64,000 nucleotides of DNA, taken from the NCBI GenBank assembly GCA_017464085.1, contig JAFUEE010000105.1, forward strand, positions 7,214-71,213. The letters run 5' to 3'. The stretch comes from Pseudomonadota bacterium. GTDB taxonomy: Bacteria; Myxococcota_A; Bradymonadia; UBA4248. The notes below the pieces were generated by a model. The model saw only the letters and a list, made by a program, of their open reading frames with translations. It was not told the origin of the DNA and ran no database searches. Made by a program: the position numbers and the translations under genes. This document shows, in pieces, positions 8,050 to 18,700 of the stretch; the stretch's first letter is position 1; each line of letters starts with the position of its first letter.

Positions 8050-11000
8050 ATGAATCGTTCGAAATATTATCTGACCACGTTATTTGCACTTATTTTGGCT
8101 CAGGCCTGCGGTTCGGAAGCTCCGAAAGATGAAGAAAAGCCTGATCCGGAGGGGCCGGAATGCACTTATGACTCTGCCTGCGAGTCGGGAATCTGCCTTG
8201 AAACGGGAAAATGCGCGCCGCTTGTGTCGCTCGGAGAGGCTTGTGGGGCGGAGGCTGCATGCAAGAAACCCTATATCTGCAAGGATGGGACGTGCGCGGT
8301 GGATCCGACATACGGCCTGAAATTGTGCACATCGGACAGCGCTTGTCACGATTCGCACAAATGCTTGCCTTCCGGCTATTGCGCGGTGATGGTGGAGCTT
8401 GGCGGAAACTGCGATGAATACCGCATCTGCGTGGGCAGCAATGAGTGCCGTGACGGCCGCTGCGCGCGCAAGACTTGCGAGACACAGGAGGATTGCCCGG
8501 ATGGGACGCTCTGTGAGCTTTCGCAGTGCATCGAAGTGACGGTGCTCGAGGCTGGGCAGGCGTGCGATCCGGGAAGCCGGACGGCGGTCTGCGCGGAAGG
8601 CCTGACGTGCATGAGCAATGTCTGCTCGGACGGGATCGATATCAAAGGGTGCGAAAGCGACGACGATTGCGCCGAAGAACCCCAGCACAAGCAATGCCTG
8701 AGCACCGGCGTGTGCGGCACGATCGTTCAGCTCGGGGAGTTTTGCGATTCGCGGTATGTCTGCGCGGATGGCCTGGACTGCAATATCTTCTGCCAGAAGA
8801 CGAAGCAGGAGAATGAGACGTGTTCCGACGAAGTGTATGAGATGTGCGGGGATGGGCTCGTATGTATCGAAGGGACTTGCCGCAAATACGAGCATCAGCT
8901 GGGGCTTGGGGAGGAATGCAACGATTTCTATCGCTTCTGCGATGACAAATATGAGTGCCGAAGCGGCAAATGCAGCCAGTTCGTCGGGGAAAATGAGACA
9001 TGTGGCGAAGATAAATCGCTGTACTGCAAGAGCGGTTTTCAGTGCATCAGTTCGATCTGCACGCATGCGACCGTGGAATGCACGCAGACTTCGGATTGCC
9101 AGGAGCGCGACTCGTTCTGCTGCCTGGGGGATGACTGCGGCGCACAGAACAAGTGCGTGCCGTACAATGAGACGATCACGCATGATTCTCAGTGCCGCCT
9201 TGAGACGAAACCGGGCATCTTTGAAGCGCAGATCCAGTGCCGATGGCAGCCGACAGGCATGGAGGTCGGCTCGAAAAATGTCGAGCTTCCGCCGCTTGTC
9301 GGGCATTTCGGGAACAAGCTCGGGCTCAAGACCGTCATCGCGGTGTGGTCGTATGACCCGACAGTGCTGCGCTTCATCCATCCAGAGACATGCGAGACGA
9401 TCGAGTCGCTGAAATATGCGATGAATGACCGCTGGTACAACTCGCTGGCGGCCGTGGACCTTGACGGCGACGGGCTGCTGGAGCTCATCGCGGTCGATGC
9501 GAAGAAGCGCCCGGTGGCGTTCAAATACAATGCGGCGGCGAAGAAGCATGAAGTGATGTGGAATGCCGATCTCGAGGGCGCGGGATCGATCCTGTCTGTC
9601 TATGATGTCAATGGCGACGGCAAGCCCGAAATCGTGCTCGGAGAGGCCGTGCTCAATGCCGAGACCGGGGAGACGATCTATGCGGGCGCCAATAAATATG
9701 ATTATCAGACCGCGGCGATCGGCAATTTTGACAAGAATGCCGAGGGCATGGCGACGCTTGCGATCGCTAACCATGTGTATAAATGGGATGACGCGAACAA
9801 GACCTGGAAGCAGATCGCCGAGCTGCCGACGGGATCGGCCAAGCAGTATTATCACTTGGCGTATGCGGACTTCGGAACGTCGGCTGACTCGTCCTCGCGG
9901 TTTGACTTTACGAAGCTCGACGGCGTTCCGGAACTCGTGGCGACAGGCGACAGCAAGCTGTTCATTATCGAGCTCGTGCCGAAGACAGGCGCGCCCGGCA
10001 AATATAAGGCTAACAAGATCATGGAGGTCAGCGGCTTTGAAGTGGGCGGCCCGATCACGATCGGCGACTTCAACAACGACGGACTCCCCGAAATCGGCAT
10101 GGCCTCGAAAGGGCAGTTCGGCGTGTATGACCCCAAATGCAAAGGCTATGAGGAAGGCAAATGCGCCGACAAGAATATCCTCTGGGAACGCTGGAGCCAG
10201 GATGCTTCCTCGGGCACGACCGGGTCGTCGCTCTTTGACTTTGACGGCGACGGGCAGGCGGAAGCCGTCTATGCTGATGAATGCTTCACGCGCGTGTATG
10301 ATGGCAAGACAGGGCGAATCCTGTTCAGCGCGAAGCGCTCCTCCGATACGTCGATCGAAGGCCCCGTCGTCGCGGATATCGACGGGGACGGCAGCGCGGA
10401 AATCCTGATGGGTTCCGACATTCCGATGAATTGCTATGATGATACGAACAAGCTCGTCTCCGGCGGCGTCGATCCGATTCACGAAGGCATACGCTGCATC
10501 GATGACGAAGACTGTCCGTCCGGGAAGAATTGCAACCAGGAAATCGGCCTCTGCACCTGCACGACGGATGACGAATGCAATTCGCAATATATCAAGAACA
10601 AGCTCGTGACGCAGTACACCTGCACGGATCCGATCCATCCCGAAGTCGGGCTGATGCGCAATGCTGACAACGGCGCTTCCCGCTCAATGGTCAAAGCGAT
10701 CGGCACGCGCCCGGATGGCTGGAAATCCGGCGATTACAAAGTCTGCCGCGCGACGCGCAAGACCTCGGATATCGGCATCGGCGATCTCATGATCTATAAG
10801 GACAGGCTCGACCGCTGGGTGTCCTCTCGCTCGCTGTGGAACCAGCATGCCTATAATATCATTAATATAGAGGATGACGGCAAGCTGCCGACCGTCGAAC
10901 AGTGGCTCAAGCTCTGGCTCGAAAAGAACTACAAGCTCACGATCGAAGGCTCGGATGCGCCGCGCATGGTCCACAACAATTACCGCATGAACCGCCAGGG

Positions 11001-11421
11001 CGAATATGGCGCCGGGCTGGCGCCCGATATCACGGGCCGATTCATCAGCGGGTCGATCTGCGGCACGACCGAAGACGGACGCCGCGTCATCAGCGGCAAG
11101 CTCTGCAACCGTGGCACGAAACCTGTGTCGATGAACCTCCCCGCGAGCTTCTTCTTCTATGACGAAGCTTCGGACAATCACCTCGGGGAGAAAATCTGCA
11201 CGTCTTATACGAATGCGAATGTCGGCGTTGGGGAATGCGCTCAGGTTGGCTGCGAGGTCAGCGAACAGCAGCTCAAGGAATTTGAAGGCAAAAAGGTCAT
11301 TATGGTCTCCAACCTGGATGAGTACGGTTTTGCAAGCACCATCGAATGCAACTCAGAAAATAATATCGATACGATCACAATCGATAAGTGTGAAAAAGAC
11401 CCGATCGATATCGTGAACTGA
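8050..11421 (+). CDS. Large secreted Cys-rich protein with FG-GAP/VCBS (integrin-alpha-like beta-propeller) repeats, paralog 1
   Basis: 1123 aa with a signal peptide. ~7 N-terminal ~45-aa Cys-rich modules (C..DS.C.SG.C...G.C). FG-GAP Ca-binding loops DLDGDGLLE, DVNGDGKPE, DFNNDGLPE, DFDGDGQAE, DIDGDGSAE. 62% alike to the paralog at 15744-19172 over the C-terminal 700 aa. Confidence 0.8.
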   Translation: MNRSKYYLTTLFALILAQACGSEAPKDEEKPDPEGPECTYDSACESGICLETGKCAPLVSLGEACGAEAACKKPYICKDGTCAVDPTYGLKLCTSDSACHDSHKCLPSGYCAVMVELGGNCDEYRICVGSNECRDGRCARKTCETQEDCPDGTLCELSQCIEVTVLEAGQACDPGSRTAVCAEGLTCMSNVCSDGIDIKGCESDDDCAEEPQHKQCLSTGVCGTIVQLGEFCDSRYVCADGLDCNIFCQKTKQENETCSDEVYEMCGDGLVCIEGTCRKYEHQLGLGEECNDFYRFCDDKYECRSGKCSQFVGENETCGEDKSLYCKSGFQCISSICTHATVECTQTSDCQERDSFCCLGDDCGAQNKCVPYNETITHDSQCRLETKPGIFEAQIQCRWQPTGMEVGSKNVELPPLVGHFGNKLGLKTVIAVWSYDPTVLRFIHPETCETIESLKYAMNDRWYNSLAAVDLDGDGLLELIAVDAKKRPVAFKYNAAAKKHEVMWNADLEGAGSILSVYDVNGDGKPEIVLGEAVLNAETGETIYAGANKYDYQTAAIGNFDKNAEGMATLAIANHVYKWDDANKTWKQIAELPTGSAKQYYHLAYADFGTSADSSSRFDFTKLDGVPELVATGDSKLFIIELVPKTGAPGKYKANKIMEVSGFEVGGPITIGDFNNDGLPEIGMASKGQFGVYDPKCKGYEEGKCADKNILWERWSQDASSGTTGSSLFDFDGDGQAEAVYADECFTRVYDGKTGRILFSAKRSSDTSIEGPVVADIDGDGSAEILMGSDIPMNCYDDTNKLVSGGVDPIHEGIRCIDDEDCPSGKNCNQEIGLCTCTTDDECNSQYIKNKLVTQYTCTDPIHPEVGLMRNADNGASRSMVKAIGTRPDGWKSGDYKVCRATRKTSDIGIGDLMIYKDRLDRWVSSRSLWNQHAYNIINIEDDGKLPTVEQWLKLWLEKNYKLTIEGSDAPRMVHNNYRMNRQGEYGAGLAPDITGRFISGSICGTTEDGRRVISGKLCNRGTKPVSMNLPASFFFYDEASDNHLGEKICTSYTNANVGVGECAQVGCEVSEQQLKEFEGKKVIMVSNLDEYGFASTIECNSENNIDTITIDKCEKDPIDIVN

Positions 11422-11511
11422 TATCGGATCGCGCGGATGTCCTCGGGCATTCGCGCTTTTTGTTTACTGGCATGGCCTGTTGAGGGGACTTTGATATGGG
11501 GAGTGTGTATG

Positions 11512-13626
11512 CGAATCATGGAGATGAAAAAAGCATTATATGTGGGGATTGTTTGCGCGGTTTTGAGTTTTCAGGCTTGTGAAACGGATAGTCGCGCGTT
11601 GCTCGTTGATCCGGATATTTATGAACCCGGAGATATCGTTGACCCTGACCAGCCTGAGCAACCCGACCAGCCGGATCAACCAGACCAGCCCGACCAGCCG
11701 GATCAACCTGACCAGCCGGATCAACCAGACCAGCCAGATCAACCAGACCAGCCGGATCAACCAGACCAACCCGACCAACCAGACCAACCAGACCAGCCAG
11801 ATCAACCCGACCAACCCGACCAGCCAGATCAACCCGACCAGCCAGATCAACCTGAGCAACCTGACCAGCCGGATCAACCCGACCAGCCGGATCAACCAGA
11901 CCAGCCCGACCAGCCTGAGCAGCCGGATCAACCAGACCAGCCCGACCAGCCTGAGCAGCCCGACCAGCCTGAACCGCTTGTGGGGTGCGCAGACCCTGCA
12001 AATGATGGCAAACCCTGCGATAATGGGGAGTCGCGGCCTTGCGCAGTGTCTGTATGCAAGTCGTTGAGCTGTGTGTCTGTGGCGGTGACGGATCAGCGCG
12101 TGTGCAGGCCATCTGCGGGCGTATGCGACGTCGAGGAGCGTTGCGACGGAAGCGCGCTGGACTGCCCTGCGGACAAGTTTGCGCCTTCGTCGACGGTGTG
12201 CCGCGCGTCTGCGGGCGTATGCGATGTGGCAGAAAATTGCACGGGGAGTTCGGCATCTTGCCCTGCGGACAAGTTTGCGCCTTCGTCGACGGTGTGCCGT
12301 GCATCTGCCGGGGCATGCGATGCGGCAGAGAACTGCACGGGGAGTTCGGCATCTTGCCCTGCGGACAAGTTTGCGCCTTCATCGACGGTGTGCCGCGCTT
12401 CGAGCGGCGGATGCGATGCGCCCGAAAAATGCACGGGATCGAGCGTGTCCTGTCCTGCGGACGGATTTAATTCGAGCTGCACTTGCCCGAATGGCAGCGG
12501 CAAAGACAATTATGTGACAAAGATTTCGTCTCCGAATTACGTGCTTCAAGACAAGAACCAATGGGATAAATATACAAAAATTATCGATTCGCTTGGTTTG
12601 AAACAGATTTCACCGCATGAGCTCAATTTCAATCGGACGATGCAGAACATGGGCTCGCGGACGTGGACAGGCTATAAGAAAGGCTGGTTTTGGGAGAGCG
12701 GCGATTGTTCTGTATCCTATTGGATACCGCAGGGGCTTGCAGGCGGCGGCAGCGGCGGCCTGACCATCCGTGTCGTCGGCTGGCATTATGATGAAGAAAA
12801 AGTTTCTGCAGACAGCAACCCTGCCGCTGATGAAAGCAATAAAGATAAAGGTGTGCGGATATCATTTATAGATTCGACAGATACATCACAGGCGCTGAAA
12901 TATCGCCATGTCTTGCTCGTGGAACCGGACAGCGGCGACCGCGGCTTCAAACCTGTAAAGAATCATGTCGGCGGCCTTGTCTGGTTGTGGCCATATCTCT
13001 ATGTGGCAGATACGAACAAGGGCATGCGCGTCTTTGACCTCCGCAAGATATTAAAAGTCGATACATCTGATTGTGACCGTTATGCCGGCAGACATAATAA
13101 TAAATATTGCGCGTATGGCTATGGGTATGTTTTGCCTCAGGTGAATGCGTATTTCTATCCGGGAGAAATGAATGATTCCTGCAAGCCTAAGTTTTCATTT
13201 ATCGGGCTTGAAAATGTGAATGGCAAGAAATCTATTCTTTCTGGCGAATATATAAAGAATGGCAATAATGGCCGTCTTGTGCGCTGGCCTGTCGGGGATG
13301 GCGGAAAGCTTCAGACAGATGATAGAAATATCGTGCAAGCGAGTCATGCGTGGTATGCAGGCAGCCCGAATCTTCAGGGCGGCCTGACATATACAAATGG
13401 AAAGACATATTTTCTGCTCAATTCTACAAAAGGATCTGGAACATTATATGTCGGTGTGGAGGGCACGAAGACGAAATCATATATTTCTACAAGCGGACAG
13501 TGGGCATATATGCCGGAAGGGATGTATCTGACATCCTCAGATAACATCTGGGTATCGACAGAAGGACATACATTGCTCAAACGCGGTGTATTTTATGCGA
13601 GCGTGAAGAAGATATTAAATTTGTGA
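11512..13626 (+). CDS. Secreted lipoprotein: (DQP)n linker + 4 disintegrin-like Cys-rich repeats + C-terminal beta-rich domain
   Basis: Signal/lipobox VLSFQAC. About 50 D-Q-P tripeptides. Four ~40-aa repeats CRASAGVCDVAENCTGSSASCPADKFAPSSTV resemble the ADAM/disintegrin motif (ECD...C.G.S..CP.D.F). The C-terminal ~400 aa is lower GC with an LVIVD-like stretch (LYVADTNKGMRVFDL). Confidence 0.7.
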   Translation, partial: RIMEMKKALYVGIVCAVLSFQACETDSRALLVDPDIYEPGDIVDPDQPEQPDQPDQPDQPDQPDQPDQPDQPDQPDQPDQPDQPDQPDQPDQPDQPDQPDQPDQPDQPDQPDQPEQPDQPDQPDQPDQPDQPDQPEQPDQPDQPDQPEQPDQPEPLVGCADPANDGKPCDNGESRPCAVSVCKSLSCVSVAVTDQRVCRPSAGVCDVEERCDGSALDCPADKFAPSSTVCRASAGVCDVAENCTGSSASCPADKFAPSSTVCRASAGACDAAENCTGSSASCPADKFAPSSTVCRASSGGCDAPEKCTGSSVSCPADGFNSSCTCPNGSGKDNYVTKISSPNYVLQDKNQWDKYTKIIDSLGLKQISPHELNFNRTMQNMGSRTWTGYKKGWFWESGDCSVSYWIPQGLAGGGSGGLTIRVVGWHYDEEKVSADSNPAADESNKDKGVRISFIDSTDTSQALKYRHVLLVEPDSGDRGFKPVKNHVGGLVWLWPYLYVADTNKGMRVFDLRKILKVDTSDCDRYAGRHNNKYCAYGYGYVLPQVNAYFYPGEMNDSCKPKFSFIGLENVNGKKSILSGEYIKNGNNGRLVRWPVGDGGKLQTDDRNIVQASHAWYAGSPNLQGGLTYTNGKTYFLLNSTKGSGTLYVGVEGTKTKSYISTSGQWAYMPEGMYLTSSDNIWVSTEGHTLLKRGVFYASVKKILNL
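11640..11985 (+). repeat. 9-bp (gaycarccn) tandem array, ~38 copies, encoding DQP repeats
   Basis: Seen directly. The opposite-strand and off-frame ORFs (11516..12382, 11536..11931, 11579..12067) are artefacts of this array. Confidence 0.9.
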
Positions 13627-13735
13627 TGATTTATATATAGAAAGGCGCTATCCCGTTGGGATACGCGCCTTTTGTGCGCGTCCTATTTCGCATTCGCTCA
13701 ATACGGCCGCGCAACTTTTTAAAAGGAGATGCGCC

Positions 13736-14545
13736 GTGCGTCATAGATTTGGATATATCGTTTGTGTTTCGCTTTTCTTGTGCGGCTGCGGCACAGATGA
13801 GGATGGAGCGAAGTGTTCGCCGGCATGTGCCGCTGGGCTGGTCTGTCAGGACGGGCAATGTGTGCCGCAGAGCTCGCCAGGCTCTCCTACAGACCCGACG
13901 CCCGGCACGCCCACAGACCCGACGCCTGGCACGCCCACAGACCCGACTCCTGGCCCGGGATCATCCTGTGGGGCATCGGCCTGCGTGGCTGGGGAGCTTT
14001 GCCTGAACGGCCAGTGCGTCCAGCGAGATAACAAGGCGGTGTCTGGACAGCCGTGCAATGCGCAGACGTTTGTCGAGTCGTGTGACGGCAATCAGCTCGT
14101 CTATTGTTACTGCGATGAATCCGGGACTTGCCAGACCGAAGTGGCGGCGTGCGGCGCCAGCGAGACATGCGCCCTGATGGCGGATAAAAACCTCGGGATG
14201 TGCGCGATTGCGGATGCGAAGTGCGCGCAGCCCGGGACATTCACGCGGTGTTTTGACCTCGAGGGCGGTGTATCGTATGTCGAGTATTACACATGCGTGC
14301 AGGCGGTGGACGGCAAGTATTATCCGTTCCGCGACGGCATTCGGACGGCGGACTGCATCGGGGCATGCGTGGACAGCTATCGGTGCAACCTGAATGACGA
14401 GGATTGCGGCAGCGATTTTAGCGAGACCTGCGAGGGGGATATCGTGACCTATTGCTCGGAGGGCAAGGTCTTTCGGATGAACTGCGGGGATTATGGCACG
14501 ACTTGCGTGATGTCTGGCGGCAAGGCGGACTGTGCCTGGGAGTGA
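13736..14545 (+). CDS. Cys-rich secreted lipoprotein with PTDPTPG linker
   Basis: GTG start at 13736 after AAAAGGAG. Lipobox LCGC. PTDPTPGTPTDPTPGTPTDPTPG repeat, then ~18 Cys in C.G..C..G.C modules. Confidence 0.6.
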   Translation: MRHRFGYIVCVSLFLCGCGTDEDGAKCSPACAAGLVCQDGQCVPQSSPGSPTDPTPGTPTDPTPGTPTDPTPGPGSSCGASACVAGELCLNGQCVQRDNKAVSGQPCNAQTFVESCDGNQLVYCYCDESGTCQTEVAACGASETCALMADKNLGMCAIADAKCAQPGTFTRCFDLEGGVSYVEYYTCVQAVDGKYYPFRDGIRTADCIGACVDSYRCNLNDEDCGSDFSETCEGDIVTYCSEGKVFRMNCGDYGTTCVMSGGKADCAWE

Positions 14546-14822
14546 TGACGCCGCGTGTATGTATCGTGGGCGTCCGCTGAGCGTATAGGTTATTCATACG
14601 GCGCTTTCTTGGCGCCCCCCTATGCGCCTGCAGCGTGCGCGGGCGTTTTCTCATTTTTCAATCCGCACGGCACAGACCTTGGCAAAGAATGCAATATCGA
14701 CCTGCAAAACCGTCTCGTAGCCTTCAGAGAGCAGTTCCTCGACATAATGTCTGTTGTGAATCTGTTGCATGGCGAGTTCGGCATCGCGTTTGATCTGGGC
14801 AAACGAATCAGAATATTTGAAT

Positions 14823-14921
14823 TCAAAACAGCGCGGCGACTTTTGCCTCGGCTTCCTCGCGCTTCATGTTTTTTAATTTGCCAGTGAATAAGAATGTTTT
14901 GTTCTCAAAAATGTTTGCCAT
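14823..14921 (-). other. 32-aa ORF with BRCT-like motif (possible gene remnant or small protein)
   Basis: MANIFENKTFLFTGKLKNMKREEAEAKVAALF resembles the start of a LigA-type BRCT domain (K.FV.TG.L..M.R.EA....LG). AAGGTG sits 7 nt upstream. Lies inside a 1.2-kb non-coding, lower-GC island. Confidence 0.25.
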
Positions 14922-15743
14922 GGTTGAACACCTTATATTTTGAAGCGCCTATTACCATACCAGAATATGATTGGCGATAAACATGTGCATAAAAACTATA
15001 TATCACTGCTGTCATTGACAAAGCTGACGAATGTCAGCTTTTCTCTCTGGTCTTGAGTCAAATTGATTTGCCAGCGATTCTGCATGAAGTCGAGCAGATG
15101 CAAACTGCGTTGATAGATGCGCTGTCCATCCCATACATCTTCTCTGGCAACCTCGACTTCGGAATTGGAACCATTCGAGTAGCCTCGTTCTCTCCGACTG
15201 GTTCTACTCTTTTATCGTCGAAGCTGTCGTTCTGATGGCTCGAATTGGTGTTCTGAGCCAGCGGCAATAGATTGCCCAAGGCGCCGATCAAAGCAGTCAT
15301 TTCATTTTCGTTTTGGATGTATGTGGAGAAATGGGTTTGCTAATACGAGTTTGAAGGGGATTGTGGGAGAATATGTTCAATGGAAACTTTAGCAGGGGCT
15401 TCCTGCGACTATGTTTCTGGCGGCTTTCGCTTTCAAGCTGTTGGATATGCGTGGGGAGCATGCGCTGCGTATGGCTTTGCCATAGCAGCGCGGCGGAGGC
15501 GTATTTGCGCCAGCAAAAAGCCGGAGCCACCCACAAGGCAGAGAGATGCAGTGTATCTGGAATTTAGGCGTTTAATTGTTACGTGTGGGATTGCGCGGCG
15601 ATTCGGCGAGTGAGCTTGGGGCTGCGTGAGCGGCCGGCGGAAATGTAGCGCATGGTGGATACAAAAGTGTATCATCTGTTTTGATTGGCGCATAAATATG
15701 CTATACAGGGAAGGTGTTTTTAGGCTTGCTTGAGGAGCGTATC

Positions 15744-18700
15744 ATGAACAAATATTTTAAGATTTTATTGGCTGGCGTAGCCGTGTCATTTTTTGGCTGC
15801 GACGATGCGTCGGATGAACAGCAGAAGCCGGAAGAGCCCAAATATGAGTGCTTGAACAGCTCGGAGTGCGATTCCGGCATCTGCGTGGAAGGCAAATGCG
15901 CGAAATATGTGGGGCTGGGGGATGCGTGCGACAGCGTGCATCTGTGCAATGAGCCTTATGAATGCGTGGAAGGGGCGTGCGCGGAGCATGTGGTGGATGA
16001 GCCTGAAAAGCCTGAGTGTACGAAGGATGCTGAGTGTGATTCCGGGAAGTGCCAGGCGGACGGCACATGCGCGTCCGTGCCCAAGGGCAATGGCAAAGAG
16101 GGAGATTCTTGCGGGGACGATGCCCCGTGTGATTTCCCGCTGACGTGTGACGGCACATGCAAGGCGATCGAATGCACGGAGGAAGACCAGGGCGACTGCC
16201 CGTCCGGGACGATCTGCGAGAACGACAGATGCGAAGCAATCGTGTATCTGAAGGCGGGGGAGGCCTGTGTGGCGGATTCGTCCGTGAGGGTGTGCGAGGG
16301 CGAATTGTCCTGCATCAAGGGCGTTTGCGGCGAAATCGTGAAAGACGGTACGTGCGAGACCGCGAGCGACTGCACGGATGCGGAGACGCCTGTATGCCTG
16401 CCGTCCGGCAAATGCGGGGCGGTCGTGGAGCCCGGCGGATTTTGCAATGAGCAGTATGTGTGCCCGGAGGGGTTTGTGTGCGAGATTTTCTGCAAGCATA
16501 TCCGCCAGAAAGGGGAGTCATGCGATGAAGAGGCATACGACTTTTGCGAAGAGTCCCTGGCTTGCAAGCACAATGTTTGCGTGGCGTTTGAGTATGATCT
16601 GCCGCGCGGAGCTGAGTGCAACGATGAATATAAGTTCTGCGAGAAATCGCTGGAATGCGTGGAAGGTGCGTGCGCGGAGTATGTCGGGGAGGATGCGTCG
16701 TGCAATGCTTCTGAGCACATCCTTTGCAAGGCCGGCCTGGAATGCATCAAGGATGTGTGCACGCCGGTAGGCGGAGGCTGCTCGAAGTCGTCGGATTGCC
16801 TTGAGAAGGACTCGTTCTGCTGCCAGAGTGATTCCTGTGGCGCGAAGAATAAGTGCGTGCCGTATAATGAAGAGATCACGTATGACGAAGCCTGCCGTTT
16901 CACGACGAAGCCGGGGATATTTGAGGCGCAGGTGCAGTGCCGCTGGCAGCCGCCTGCGGATGCCTATCCGAAGTCGAGCAAGGTGGAGATGCCGCCTTTG
17001 GTCGGGCATTTCGGGAACAAGGACGGGCTTGAGACGGTTGTCGCATTTTTCTCGTACTTTACGCGTGCATCTGAGCCGACAAGCGACCAGCTGCTCGGCG
17101 TGATCCGCTTTATCAATCCGGATACGTGCGAGACGCTTGAGTCGGTGCGCTATAATCTGATGCGCCACGGCAAGAACTGGCCTGCGGCGGCTGATATGGA
17201 TGGCGACGGCCTGCTCGAGTTCCTGACATTTGATGCGTCAGGTCATATCTTGGCGTTCAAGTGGAATGCGACGAACAAGCGCCACGAGAAGCTCTGGCAG
17301 AGCAAAGTCGCGAACAAGGGCTATTATATCAACGTGTTCGATGTGGATGGCAATGGGCAGCCCGAGGTCGTTGTCGGCACGACCGTGCTTGATGGCAGGA
17401 CAGGCAAGACGATATATGAAGGCGGGGCGCTTGGAGGCTACAATGTCGCCATCGGCATTTTTGACAATGACCCGACCGGTCAGGCGATGCTCGTGAGCCA
17501 GAAGGATGTCCTGAAATGGAACAAGGCGAAGAAGGACTGGACCACGGTTGCGACGCTTCCCTCCAGCCTTGCATATAAGGCTTATGCAGATTTCGGGACG
17601 CCGGGGGCCACTGCGGAGGATTTCGACTATACGAAGCTTGACGGATTTCCCGAGATTGTTGCGGGCGGCAGCAGCAAGCTGCATCTGTACGCGCTCGTGA
17701 GCAATGGGGACGGCACTTATGGCGTTCAGACGCTGATGAGTGTTGACGGATTTACGACAGGCGGCCCGATCACAATCGGCGATTTCGACAGCGATGGGCT
17801 TCCCGAAATCGGCGTGGCCTCGAAGGGCTTGTTCGGCGTTTATGATCCGCGTTGCAAAGGTTATGAGGCCGGGAAATGCGCGGACAAGAATGTGCTGTGG
17901 GAGCGCTGGAGCCAGGATGCGTCTTCTGGCGCGACGGGGTCATCGCTTTTCGACTTTGACGGCGACGGGCAGGCCGAGGCCGTGTATGCAGATGAATGCT
18001 TTACGCGCGTCTATGAAGGCAAGTCCGGGCGCGTGCTTTTCAGCGCCAAGCGCTCTTCTGGCACGACGTATGAAGCGCCGGTCGTTGCGGATATCGATGG
18101 CGACGGCAGCGCGGAGATCCTGATGGGGTCGGATAACAACAAAACTTGCGCGGATGATACCGGGGAGCTGATCAATCCCAACAGTCCGGGAAAATCGAAC
18201 TGCGTGGATCCGATTCACGAGGGCATCCGCTGCCTGGATGACGAAGACTGCCCGACAGGCAAGGGGTGCAACAAGGAAATCGGCCTGTGCATCTGCACGT
18301 CTGATGCGGACTGCAATACGCAGATCGCCCCGGGCAAGGATACGATTCTGCAGCAGTATGTCTGCGCGCCGCCGATTCATCCCGAAGTCGGCATCATGAC
18401 GAACGAAAAAGCCGCTAAAGCGCGCACGATGAAGCAGCCGATCGGCACACGCCCGGATGGCTGGAAGAAAGGCGATTATCAAGTCTGTCGCGCCACTCGC
18501 TTGACAAAAGATATCGGCGTGGGCGACCTGATGATTTTCAAGGATCGCCTCGACCGCTGGGTGTCTTCGCGTCCGCTCTGGAATCAGCATTCTTACAATA
18601 TCATCAATATCGAGGATAATGGCCGCACGCCTACGCCGACGCAGTGGATCTGGAACTGGCTGCTCAAGAATCCGAAGCAGACGATTGTGGGGACGAATTA

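Noticed and set aside
8080-10638. 852-aa minus-strand ORF antisense to the FG-GAP paralog 1 gene. Similar long antisense ORFs occur at 15786..16499, 15956..16903 and 17940..19193 opposite paralog 2.
   Set aside because: Arg/Ala/Pro-rich low-complexity translation typical of GC-rich antisense frames. The sense strand has clear FG-GAP motifs, a signal peptide and a conserved paralog.
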